Assembly: GCA_965197745.1 (NCBI GenBank)
Contig: CBDANS010000007.1
Span: forward strand, 1,312,001 to 1,376,000
From: Opitutales bacterium
GTDB lineage: Bacteria; Verrucomicrobiota; Verrucomicrobiia; Opitutales; PNEW01
DNA length: 64,000 nt
Direction of reading: 5' to 3'
Of this stretch, positions 44,942-55,356 are shown one piece after another; positions within the stretch are counted from its first letter, which is position 1, and every line of letters begins with the position of its first letter. A program made the position numbers and the translations under genes. The notes under the pieces are model-generated. The model did no database searches. It saw nothing but the letters and a program-made list of their open reading frames with translations, and was not told where the DNA came from.

Positions 44942-44955
44942 ATTGGCAATATAGG

Positions 44956-44987
44956 TTGACATTATATATGTAGTTAAACTACATATA
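44956..44987 (+). promoter_or_regulatory. TTGACA -35 box followed by a perfect palindrome TATATGTAGTT-A-AACTACATATA (putative repressor operator)
   Basis: Perfect 11-nt arms at 44965-44987, seen directly. Confidence 0.6.
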
Positions 44988-44994
44988 GGAATGT

Positions 44995-46312
44995 TGGTCG
45001 TGACCACGAAAACTGGTACACTTGAAAAGTTAGTCTGGGTAACCTAGAAAGGACTCAGACAATGAAAGGCAAAAGATACACAACTGAAGAGAAAATACGG
45101 ATGCTGCGGCAGGCGGACAAAGGGAAAACGATCCTGGAAGCATGCCGCGAGAACAACATTAGCGAACAGACTTTCCACCGCTGGAAGCGTGAGTTTGGGA
45201 TGATTGATGTCGACCAGGCCAAGCGGATGAAGGAGCTCTTTGAAGGAGAACGCGCGGTTAAAACGGATGCTGGCGGACAAGATGCTGGGGATAGAGATCC
45301 TGCAGGAGACCCTCGAAAAAAAACTGTAAGCCCTGGGCACAAGCGGCAAGTGGCAGAGAGACTTGTGGCTCGGGGCCAGTGTTCGATGCGAGCGGGGTGC
45401 CGGTACTTTCGGCTGCACCGTTCCACCTATGCGTATAAGGCGAAGCATCCGGATGCCTGGTTAATGAAACTGAAGGCGGCAGTAAGGCGGTTATCACGGC
45501 AATATGCCAGGTGGGGCTATCCGAAGATCACGAAGCTGTTGAAAGACGAAGGCTGGGAGGTGGGTAAACGTCTCGTGCAAGGTCTACGACGCGAACTGGG
45601 CTTGGCGATCCCCCAACGCAAGCCAAGACGTCGGGGCAGGGGTGTTTCCACCGGGCTGCCGACCAAGGCCGAACATCCCGGCCATGTTTGGACCTGGGAT
45701 TTTATCCACGATAAGACGGTCCGCGGTGGCAGTTTAAAAATGTTGACCGTGCTCGATGAGTACACCCGCGAGTGTCGAGTGATCCATGTTGATCGCCATA
45801 TCAATGCGGAAACGGTGCGCGGTATCATGCAAAAACTGCTTGCCCGTCATGGGCCGCCACAATATATTCGCAGTGACAACGGTTCCGTTCCGAGGAGCGA
45901 AGCGACGACATGCGAAGCCATTCATTGAAAAGGAATTGAGAGCCTGGCTAACTGCGATGAAAATCAAAACCCTCTATATCGAACCAGGAAGCCCTTGGCA
46001 GAACGGATACATCGAATCGTTGCATGCCCGTTTTCGCGAGGAGTGTTTAAACCGTGAACAGCTATGGACTTTGACCGAAGCCCGCGTGGTGATCGAGGAC
46101 TGGCGCTGGCTTTACAATAATGTCCGACCCCACCGCAGCCTCGGCAATATCACCCCACGGTGCTTCGCTGAAGACATTAATACCGAAGGCTTGGGCTCCA
46201 TTCGGGCTACGCCCTCATTGCGCCCAAGCCTTGACTTCCTCTACCAACTTAACTTCAACATTAACCTCTCCAGACTAACTCTCTCGGTGGACCAGTTTAC
46301 GTAACCCGATCA
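44995..46312 (+). mobile_element. IS3-family element, type 1, copy C (defective)
   Basis: Same IRs as copy A; a GA-to-TTT change near 45239 fuses orfA into the orfB frame early; 32-nt insert at 45888-45919. Confidence 0.95.
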
Positions 46313-46416
46313 TCCGAGTTTATAATTTTTTGATAATATCAGAGATAGCCCTATCAATTTTGCTTTTAGCTGGCGCTGGACTGATACTTAAAAGCTATCA
46401 TCATCTAAAGAATACG

Positions 46417-47767
46417 TGGAGTGACCCCCAAAAATGGTATCATTAACAGAGAGAGGTTATCGGGATAAACAGATAACCTCAATGAAAAGAAAAAGATATA
46501 CAACAGAACAGATCATAGCAATACTGCGGCAGCCCGATACGGGCAAAACCGTGCAGGAAGTCTGCCACGGCAACAACCTAAGTGAACAGACCTTCTATCG
46601 CTGGGGCAAAAAGTATGGCAACTTGGAGCTGGCTGATGCGAAGCGATTTAAAGAGCTGGAAAAGGAGAATACGGAGCTGAAGAAGATGCTCGCTGATCAA
46701 ATGCTCAAGCTTCGGGTGTTGGAGGAAACGCTCTCAAAAAAATGGTGAGCCCAAAGCAGAAGAAGCGAGCAGTAAAAGATGCGGCTGAGAAGGGGCTGTG
46801 CTCGTTTTAGAGGGCTTGTGCTTATCTCAGCCTCAGTTGGTCAACGTACAGCTACCGACCCAAGCAGGCCAGTAAGAAGGCTCAGCAATTGGCCGAGCGG
46901 ATTTTGACCTTGTCCTGGGAACATCCCCGTTACGGTTACCGGCGCATTCGTGCCTTGCTGGTGAAAGAAGGTTGGGCGGCAAGCAGGAAATTTGTACAGG
47001 CAGTGCGACGTTCTTCGGGCTTACAGGTAAAGCCCCCGAAAAAGCGTAGACACCGTCAGGGGATCTCTACTGGGCTCCCTACTAAAGCAACCGGTCGCAA
47101 TCACGTCTGGTCCTGGGACTTTGTCCATGATCGTACAGACAATGGCGGTATGCTAAAGATGATGACCTTGATCGATGTACCGAGGAGCTGAAAGCGACGA
47201 CACTCAAGCGAAGCGAAGACATATACGCGTAAATGTTTACGCATCCGGGTAGCTCGACAGCTCACCTCAACCGATGTTCTCTCGGTACTCAGCGAAACCA
47301 TCGATGAAGAGGGAGTTCCTAGCTATATCCGCAGTGACAACGGCAGTGTTCCGAGGAGCGAAGCGACGACATGCGAAGCCATTCATTGCTCATCAGGTGC
47401 AGCAGTGGTTGTCCGACAAAAAGATCAAGGCGATATATATCGATCCGGGCAGTCCCTGGCAAAACGGTTTCATCGAGTCGTTTCACAACCGCTTACGCGA
47501 TGAGTGTTTGAACCGTGAAGTGTTGCTCAGCGTGGCTGAAGCGCAAGTTGTAATAGAACAATGGCGTCAGACCTATAACAATGAACATCCCCACAGTCGA
47601 TTAGGCTTTAAAAGCCCACAAGAGTTTGTCACATTCCTTTCCGCTCTTGGCCGCGTTCGGGCTACGCCCTCACTGCGCCAAGATCTCTCATATACATCAA
47701 TCCTAAAACCATTAACACCCGGTAGTTCTCCCACTTAAAATTTGATACGAAATACGGGGTCCGATCA
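46417..47767 (+). mobile_element. IS3-family element, type 2, copy E (defective)
   Basis: Near-identical to 17364-18714 except the last ~55 nt; same TAG and the same two inserts (47178-47220, 47349-47380). Confidence 0.95.
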
Positions 47768-48670
47768 GGTCTTTTCGACTTTCCAGTTTCTTGGATCCGG
47801 TGAGGAGGTAAGGACGAGAATGTTGCGGTAGGCTTCAGGATTTGTCTGCTTGCTTCCGATTGACCAGTAACGGGAGCTCTTTTCGTCATAGCGGATAGTG
47901 AATTTAGAACTGCCTCCGGGAAAGTAAATAATATCGTTATTGCGATCATGCGAGAGTTGGAATCCGTCATCCGCAATGTGGACGATTGCCGCCTTGTCAC
48001 CCCCATATCCGTTAGCTCGCAGTATGTTGACCAGCTTGCCATCAGGCGCTAATATGATGTTTCCCTCGATCCACTCTATCCACTTGGAACCGGGCCAGTC
48101 ATAGCGGAGGGGTTTGCTCATATGCCAGTTGTCTGCTTTGAGCAGGTCTGCATCAGAAGAAATCGAAAAAACGAGCACCGACCATTGAGGGCGTTCTCCC
48201 TCGGCTAATTCAAAAGCACGCCAGATTCTACCGTTATGAATCAATAGGGGTACCGGCGCGCAATGATAATGGGTATCGTCCCTGATGAGACCGGTTTTTC
48301 CATCTTTCGGGTCCGTCCACGTATTTCCTCCATCGTCAGATCTGCGAATGATGACGTCGCCATATTCGCGACTGGTGCCAATAAGATAGAGAGCATCATT
48401 ATGAATGAAAAGGGTGGACAACCATTGACCTTTAAAACGGGAAAATTGCTTCCAGCTTTCCCCTCTGTCGTCAGAGCCGAAGACTGCCATTTCATTGTAA
48501 TCCGTCCCCGGTCCAAATAAATCGTGAGCGGCGACGTAATTACCGTTAGCAAGAACAATCAGGGTAGGGGAACCGATGAAAGCCTGGCTACTGGCGGGGC
48601 TGTGAGCAATTACAGTTCCGGGGACTTCGGAATGATCCGGCAGTCGTTGTTCTTCATTTGATGCAGACAT
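47765..48670 (-). pseudogene. Sialidase/BNR-repeat protein, 3'-truncated by IS3
   Basis: Asp-boxes SDDRGESW and SDDGGNTW; the stop codon is supplied by the IS terminal TCA, in mid-propeller. Confidence 0.8.
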
Positions 48671-48753
48671 AAAAAAAGCAATGATGAGAAAGCTGCAGTT
48701 GATCCATTCTGATTGCGCCCTGGAGGAAGACGTGATTATGGATCATTCACTCT

Positions 48754-49512
48754 TTATATTCGCACACGAAAATCATTCTTGCCGGAGCGATCGACGCCGC
48801 GCATGAGAAAAAGCGAACGTTCGGGAGCATTCGATGTGCCATCCTGCCTGTTCTTCTGCTCAATATCGCGGTCGTAGACAGAGGTGGAAGGCATAAACCT
48901 GAGGGTCAAACCACGCCGCGGCTTATCGGAACTGTTGGATTCTGAACCGTGCGCGAGGAATACATCATGCAGTGACATTTGACCGGCTTCGAGAACGATG
49001 TCGTGAACGAGACGTTCATCAAATTCTGATTTTTTAAGGACAAGAGGTAAGCTCAAAGTTGGATCATTATTAACTTCATGCTCACCTAAATGTTTATCTT
49101 TATGCGATCCGGGAATGACGCGCAAACAGCCGTTTTCGGTGTTTGAGGCATCCGCCGCGATCCACACGGTGCAAGTGGCAAGCGGTCGAATAGGCCAATA
49201 CTCACCATCCTGGTGCCAGGGTGTGGTGCTTCCTATTCTTGCCGGTTTGGCGAAAAAACTGGCATTCCAAAGGACAATGTCGTCACCGAGAAGCTGCGCC
49301 ACCATATCGAGGATTTCCGGATCTTTTGCGAAATTGAGAAAACCAGTGTCAAAGGCTAGTAAAGTGGAACAGAAGTCACTGAATTCGGGGTGGTGAGCAA
49401 TAAGTCGATCGTGGGTCTCTTTTATCTCGCTTAAAACTGTATTCGGAAGCCGATAGTCGGGAATGACATAACCATTTTCCCGGTAATAAGAGAGCTGTTG
49501 TTCAGTCAACAT
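48754..49512 (-). CDS. PhyH family dioxygenase
   Basis: YRENGYVI, FAKP, WHQD, NGCLRVIPGSH, HGSESN...RRG. Confidence 0.93.
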   Translation of the reverse strand: MLTEQQLSYYRENGYVIPDYRLPNTVLSEIKETHDRLIAHHPEFSDFCSTLLAFDTGFLNFAKDPEILDMVAQLLGDDIVLWNASFFAKPARIGSTTPWHQDGEYWPIRPLATCTVWIAADASNTENGCLRVIPGSHKDKHLGEHEVNNDPTLSLPLVLKKSEFDERLVHDIVLEAGQMSLHDVFLAHGSESNSSDKPRRGLTLRFMPSTSVYDRDIEQKNRQDGTSNAPERSLFLMRGVDRSGKNDFRVRI

Positions 49513-49715
49513 GCTGAATTGTGGGTTTCTTTAGAGATAATTAACAGAAAGTAATACAAAATAGTGCGTAATAACTATATAAAAGCAAAAAATAATAATG
49601 CTCTCAGATCTTGATCATTAAGATAATATAGGTTACTCAAATAGGATCTGTAATTAGAGAATATATAGACTCATATTCTTCAATAGGTAATCTAAAAAGA
49701 TACAGGAAATTCATA

Positions 49716-51956
49716 ATGAAAAAGTCGCTCGCTTTATTTCTACTCGTAGTCTCATTCAGTGTTTCTGCTATTCTTAATGCACAGCCCGAATCACTCGATA
49801 CTTTATATGATTTTGAGAATATCACTGCCGATGGATCAGACTTCACTATCGGGGAAGCACCTTTTACCATCCGGGTCATTGGTTATACGCTGCAAGATGT
49901 AGAGAACCCAACTCTTGCTCACTCAGGTAATCGGGCGCTGGTCCTTGATCCCTCCGCCCCTGAACATAAAATATTATTCGAAAGAGGCGTCAACCTGCTT
50001 CAGTTTTATGCCGTCGACACCGCGGGCGGCAGTAAAATAGAACTCAGAGATAAAAATTTTATTTTTCTGGCTGATGAAGGTGTGGTCAACGGTTTGCCGA
50101 CCACGCACGGTCTGCAAAGTTTTGTCTCTTTCAGCGGAGATATCCAGGATTTAACGGATCTTAATTTTACTAACGGGATAAAAGAAATTAAACTCGTCAA
50201 TCCCGGTGGGCAAGTTGCAATCGATGACCTGGGTTTTACTTACGTCGAAGGGCCGCCGAATAATACGGTGTACGAGGATTTTACGGATTTAAATAATCAC
50301 CCGATTTTTAAAGATTTTTCTAAGCGAGCCAATTTTACTTTGGGAGTATCCCCATATTCTGCGACATTTACCGGTGGCATTGTAGCACCTACTGATTTCC
50401 CCTTGTATACTTTTGAACATACCAATCCTTTACTGGTAGATCAGGGAGGTTCAGGGTCCTGGTCGATTGTAAATGATACGACGTCAAACCAGACTCCGGA
50501 TCCGGCCGTGGGAATGATCGTCTTTGAAACCCCCGTTGTGCAGGTGCAATTTTATGCCGCTGTTTTTTTTGAGAACGATGGTGTCATTGATGTTTTCGAT
50601 ACCGAAGGAAACCTGCTTACGACGACTGATGACGTCCCGCTGAATATAAATATTGGTTACGAGGGAGATTTTACTTATTTCGATTTCAACGCGGCGGAGT
50701 TAGGCGCAGCCGGTGGGATAGGGAGTGTCCATTATACGAATACCCCATTTATCGGGGATACCGGAAGTATTCCTCAGATTAGTCTCGATGATATCGGGTT
50801 TACCCCTATCGGCGCGCCCGGAAGTGGTAACGAAGGACCGCCTCCAGTTCAAGGTCCGACAATTACTACCCAACCCACGAGCCAGGAAGTGCAGTCCGGT
50901 ACCGCTATAGCACTAACAGTCGCCGCCAGCGGTGATGATCTTGCTTACCAGTGGTATACTGGTAACAGCGGTGATACCGCTAACCCCGTCGCCGGCGCCA
51001 CCGACAGCACGCTAACCACCGGCGCCCTTACCGCGAGCACGAACTACTGGGCGCAGGTAACCAATGCCAGTGGCTCCGCTGACAGCGATACTGCGGTCAT
51101 CACCGTGTCAGCGCCTTCCATACCCCTCGTCCTTGACGGCTCAGGAGATATCGCCGGGGAAGACATTCAGCATGCCAACGGCAACGTCTTCGACCAGATA
51201 TTACTCACCGGAGAGTTCGTCCAACTCCAGGCCAAACCGGGACAGATCACCCGCGTTTCCTTCATGGACGAAAACGAGGACATTGTGCAGGTAGAATTCT
51301 CAGGTAACGGTACCTTTACCGTAACCCTCGACCCGGCCACTTTCCTGCCTCCGGCCGTCCCCCCGCGCTACAACCAGCAGGTTGAGTACGTGACGGGCAA
51401 GCCAAGCGTGATCATCGACGGAGCAGACGCCAATACCTTCTTCAGCATCTTCACGGTGGGAAGGATCAACGCCTTTAACCAGGCGCTGTTCCCCGAGGGA
51501 CAGGTCTATGACGCTCAGGCCGATGTGGCCCTCGTAGAAGTAGTCAACTCCACGGGACTGGGAGGGGTACAGTTATCGAATGCCGTATTCAGTGGAAGCA
51601 CGGGCAATGTCGGCTTCGATGCACGCGGCGTACCGATCGCGGTACGCTTAACGGTGGGCGACATCGACGCCGATGGAGATGCGGTGCCGCATCTCCTGTT
51701 CGGAGAAGGGTCCTTCACAGTGCCGGCAGGCAATCCCGGCTTGCGAATCACCGGAGGTGACCTCTTGCAGACGAACGGCGCTGCGGTCGTCGTCGCCGAG
51801 AGTGGTTCAACCACGACCGGGTTTGAGACCCTGATCACCCAGAACAACTTCAAGTCTGACGAAACGCCTCAGCCGACACTGAGCATCGATGCCACCTTCG
51901 CCAACGAAGACGGGGATGCGATCGAGGTTACAACAGAGGAATTGACGATCGAGTGA
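49716..51956 (+). CDS. Secreted acidic surface protein: two beta-rich repeats + Ig domain + conserved C-terminal domain
   Basis: Signal peptide; two QFYA...DD(L/I)GFT repeats; PTITTQP...YQWY...YW Ig-like module; C-terminal domain shared with the next gene. Confidence 0.8.
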   Translation: MKKSLALFLLVVSFSVSAILNAQPESLDTLYDFENITADGSDFTIGEAPFTIRVIGYTLQDVENPTLAHSGNRALVLDPSAPEHKILFERGVNLLQFYAVDTAGGSKIELRDKNFIFLADEGVVNGLPTTHGLQSFVSFSGDIQDLTDLNFTNGIKEIKLVNPGGQVAIDDLGFTYVEGPPNNTVYEDFTDLNNHPIFKDFSKRANFTLGVSPYSATFTGGIVAPTDFPLYTFEHTNPLLVDQGGSGSWSIVNDTTSNQTPDPAVGMIVFETPVVQVQFYAAVFFENDGVIDVFDTEGNLLTTTDDVPLNINIGYEGDFTYFDFNAAELGAAGGIGSVHYTNTPFIGDTGSIPQISLDDIGFTPIGAPGSGNEGPPPVQGPTITTQPTSQEVQSGTAIALTVAASGDDLAYQWYTGNSGDTANPVAGATDSTLTTGALTASTNYWAQVTNASGSADSDTAVITVSAPSIPLVLDGSGDIAGEDIQHANGNVFDQILLTGEFVQLQAKPGQITRVSFMDENEDIVQVEFSGNGTFTVTLDPATFLPPAVPPRYNQQVEYVTGKPSVIIDGADANTFFSIFTVGRINAFNQALFPEGQVYDAQADVALVEVVNSTGLGGVQLSNAVFSGSTGNVGFDARGVPIAVRLTVGDIDADGDAVPHLLFGEGSFTVPAGNPGLRITGGDLLQTNGAAVVVAESGSTTTGFETLITQNNFKSDETPQPTLSIDATFANEDGDAIEVTTEELTIE

Positions 51957-51981
51957 GGAATGATCTATCGATCAGTTTTAG

Positions 51982-52022
51982 CCGCCGTCGTCCCGCGGGT
52001 GCGGGACTATGGCGTGCCATGG
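51982..52022. mobile_element. 41-nt hairpin insertion element
   Basis: Present after GTTTTAG here and absent from the paralogous 3' flank at 54644-54656; hairpin GTCCCGC-GGGT-GCGGGAC; a relative lies at 56987-57024. Confidence 0.7.
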
Positions 52023-52408
52023 GTGTTATGTGAATATGTGGAACGCAACCTGCGATGAGCTCAGTCGAATCGTGACTCTAGCGCGTTGAGGATGTCGCAA
52101 TTGAAGAAACGCGCTGGGGAATGTCGGACACGTATGTCAGCTCCTTGGAATGTATGATGTCGTCTCGCTGTCGTGGTACTCGGTAGCCACGGCTGACAAG
52201 GGAGTAAAGACCCAATCCAAACACGGAGCGGGTCCCTTCAGCTATGTTAAATCCTTACCCCTTAGAATTTTAACAGTATAGATTTACCTTAAATGGAATA
52301 TTGATGTTTTTAGTAACAAATTATTGCCAAAAAATTACTCTGTGTTCATAAATTCACACTCATTTTTGGTAGAAATCAGCATTATTTTATGCAGAAAGAA
52401 GATCGTTT

Positions 52409-54625
52409 ATGACTAATTATAAATTTTTGAGCGCAGTAATAGTTTTCTTAGGATTAACGGTTCAATTGTCAGCCCAACCTGAATCACTTGATACTTTTTT
52501 TGATTTCGAGAATGTCACGGGTGAAGGGCCAGAATTTATAATAGGGGAATCCCCTTTCACGGTCCGTATTATTGGATTTACTTTACAGGATGTAGATCCC
52601 GGCCTTGCTCACTCGGGTAACCGGGCCCTGGTTCTCGATCCGAGTGCACCTGACCATAAGATATTATTTGAAAGAGGGGTATATGAACTTCAATTCTATG
52701 CTGTCGATACCTTGGGAGGAGGAAGGATCGAAATTAGAGAAAGACATTTTCGTGATTTAAATCAACAAGGCGTAGTCAACGGCTTGACGACCAGCCCTGG
52801 TCTACAAAGTTTCGTCTCCTTTAGTGGAGATGTCCTGGATTTATCAGATTTGAATTGGACGAATGGGATGAAAGAATTAAAAATTATCAATCCTGCCGGA
52901 CAAATAGCGATTGATGACCTGGGATTTACTTATGTTGAAGGGCCACCAGATAATACGATATTTGAAGATTTTTGGTTTTTTTTAGAGCGTGCTGAATTTT
53001 TATTCCCAACTGGGAGTCGAACGGATTTCATCATTGGTTTTCCACCTTACACCGCGCACTTTACGGGCGGTGTCATCACGGGGGGGTTACCCGCTTATAA
53101 TCACTCCTTACCTGGTGGGGGTGGGCATTGGGCAATTGTCCAGCAAGAGATCTCCGGCCAACCGGTTCAAGAGATTACAGGAGTCATTGAATTTGAAACC
53201 CCGGTTGCTCAGTTACAGTTCTACGCCGCCATATTTTTTGAGGATGATGGCTTTATTGAAATCTTCGATACAGAAGGGAACCTGCTTACAGCAACCGACG
53301 ATATCGGCATGAATGTAAGTGTAGAATTGACTCAAGCTTTTACTTATTTCGACTTCAATGCAGTGGAATTAGGGGCCCCCGGTGGCATTGGTAGTCTACA
53401 CTATACGAACAGGACGATCACCTCTACTACGGGGAATGTTGATAGCATCGGAATTGACGACATCGGGTATACTCCCATCGGTGCCCCCGGCAGTGGTTCC
53501 GAGGGACCACCCCCCTGTCTCGGGTCCCTCCATCACCACCCAACCGTCGGGCCAGGAAGTGCAGTCCGGCACGGCGGTGGTTTTATCCGTTGTAGCCAGC
53601 GGCGATGATCTTACCTATCAATGGTATACCGGCACCAGAGGCGACAGCGCCAATCCCATTGCCGGCGCTACGGGAAGCAGCCTGACCACCGGTGCTCTCA
53701 CCGTGAGCACCAACTTCTGGGCACAGGTTAGCAATGCCGGAGGAACAGCCGATAGTGATACTGCGAGCATTACGGTGACAGTCCCTGCGGTCCCCCTTGT
53801 CCTTGAAGGTTCGGGCGATATCGCCGGAGAGAATATCCAGCATCCTAACGGTAATGTATTCGACCAGATTCTGTTAACCGGGGAGTCCATTCATCTCCAG
53901 GCCAGGACGGGACAAATCACTCGGGTCTCCTTCATGGACGAAACCGAGGACATCGTGCAGGTCGAGTTTTCAGGCGCAGGGACCTTTACCGTTACCCTCG
54001 ACCCGGCCAGCTTCCTGCCCCCGGCCATTCCCCCACGCTACAACCAGACAGTCGAGTACGTGACGGGCAAGCCCAGCGTGTTCATAGAGGGAGCCGACGC
54101 GAATACCTTTTTCAGTATCTTCACGGTAGGGAAGATCAACGCCGTGAACCAGGCCCTGTTCCCAGAAGGACAGGTCTATGACGCGGAAGCCGATGTGACG
54201 CTGGTGGAAGTGATCAACTCCACAGGAATGGGAGGAATGCAACTGTCGAACACTGTTTTTTCAGGAAGCACGGGGAAAGTCGGAGTGGATGCACGAGGAG
54301 TGCCCATAGCAGTACGATTAACGACAGGCGACATTGATGCGAGTGGGGACGCGGTACCGCACCTCCTGTTTGGTGAGGGATCCTTCACGGTGCCCGCTGG
54401 TAACCCCGGTTTGCGGATCACGGGAGGAGACCTGGAACAGACAAACGGTGCCTCAATCGTGATCGCAGAAAGTGGATCGACGACCCCGGGTTTGAGACAT
54501 TGATCACGCAGAACAATTTTAAATCGGATAACACCCCTCAGCCGACACAGAGTATTGACGCAACCTTCGCCAATGAGGATGGTGATGCGATCTCCGTCAC
54601 TGTTGATGAAGTGACAATTGAATGA
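52409..54625 (+). pseudogene. Tandem paralog of 49716-51956 with two frameshifts (about 53513 and 54489)
   Basis: Collinear homology across three frames; ends ...VTVDEVTIE* at 54625; both shifts lie in C or G runs. Confidence 0.85.
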
Positions 54626-54834
54626 GGAATGATCTATCGATCAGTTTTAGGTGTTAAGTTTTAAGTGTTAAGTGAATAGGTGGAACGTGCTGTCCTCCAA
54701 CCAGGATATAACTTTCGTATCGCTCTAAATTTTCTTTCTTGTGTATTTTGCGCGTCTTGCGTTGCTTAGAAATAGTTTCGCATCAGTGAAGTAGCATCTG
54801 GTAGTTATTTTAATCTACTCCAACATTCAATACT

Positions 54835-55290
54835 ATGACAGAAGATAAAATATTTCCTACCCGTGGGAGCATTGAAGAAGCAGAAGAGGGTGATCTCCTG
54901 CAACTCAAATTCGATGAAAACGGTCTTATACCCTGTATCACTCAGGACGCAGAGAGCAACGAAATCCTTATGTTTGCCTACATAAATGAGACGGCCCTAA
55001 GCGCTTGTATCAGCACCGGCCTCGCGCATTATTACTCTCGCTCTCGGAAAAAACTTTGGAAAAAAGGAGAGCAATCGGGGTATATTCAGAGGATCGTCAG
55101 TTTAAATATAGACTGTGATCAGGACTGTATACTACTCAAGGTTAAAGTTGAAGGCGGTGCTTCATGTCACCTGGGTTACCGTTCCTGCTTTTTCCGAGAA
55201 CTGGAAACATTGTCTGATGACACTGATTTTAAATTAAATTTTATCGAAAAAGAAAAAATATTCGATCCGAGCAAAGTTTATAACCGGTAA
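54835..55290 (+). CDS. hisI: Phosphoribosyl-AMP cyclohydrolase
   Basis: YSRSR..LWKKGE.SG, DCDQD, CHLGYRSCF. Confidence 0.96.
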   Translation: MTEDKIFPTRGSIEEAEEGDLLQLKFDENGLIPCITQDAESNEILMFAYINETALSACISTGLAHYYSRSRKKLWKKGEQSGYIQRIVSLNIDCDQDCILLKVKVEGGASCHLGYRSCFFRELETLSDDTDFKLNFIEKEKIFDPSKVYNR

Positions 55291-55356
55291 TATTAAATAA
55301 CAGAATTAGTGTAATGATTGTGCGCGAAAACGGGAAATTTTAATCTAAATAAATAG

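Noticed and set aside
44950..44990. dif site
   Set aside because: It is a perfect palindrome next to a -35 box and lacks the 11-6-11 XerC/XerD arm layout.
26213..45448. Repeated antisense ORFs (e.g. 26213-26605, 40603-41106, 45044-45448)
   Set aside because: These are shadow ORFs of the IS3 transposase genes and recur only because the IS recurs.
49716..54625. Diversity-generating retroelement template/variable repeat pair
   Set aside because: No reverse transcriptase is present, and the differences are gene-wide and largely synonymous rather than adenine-specific.
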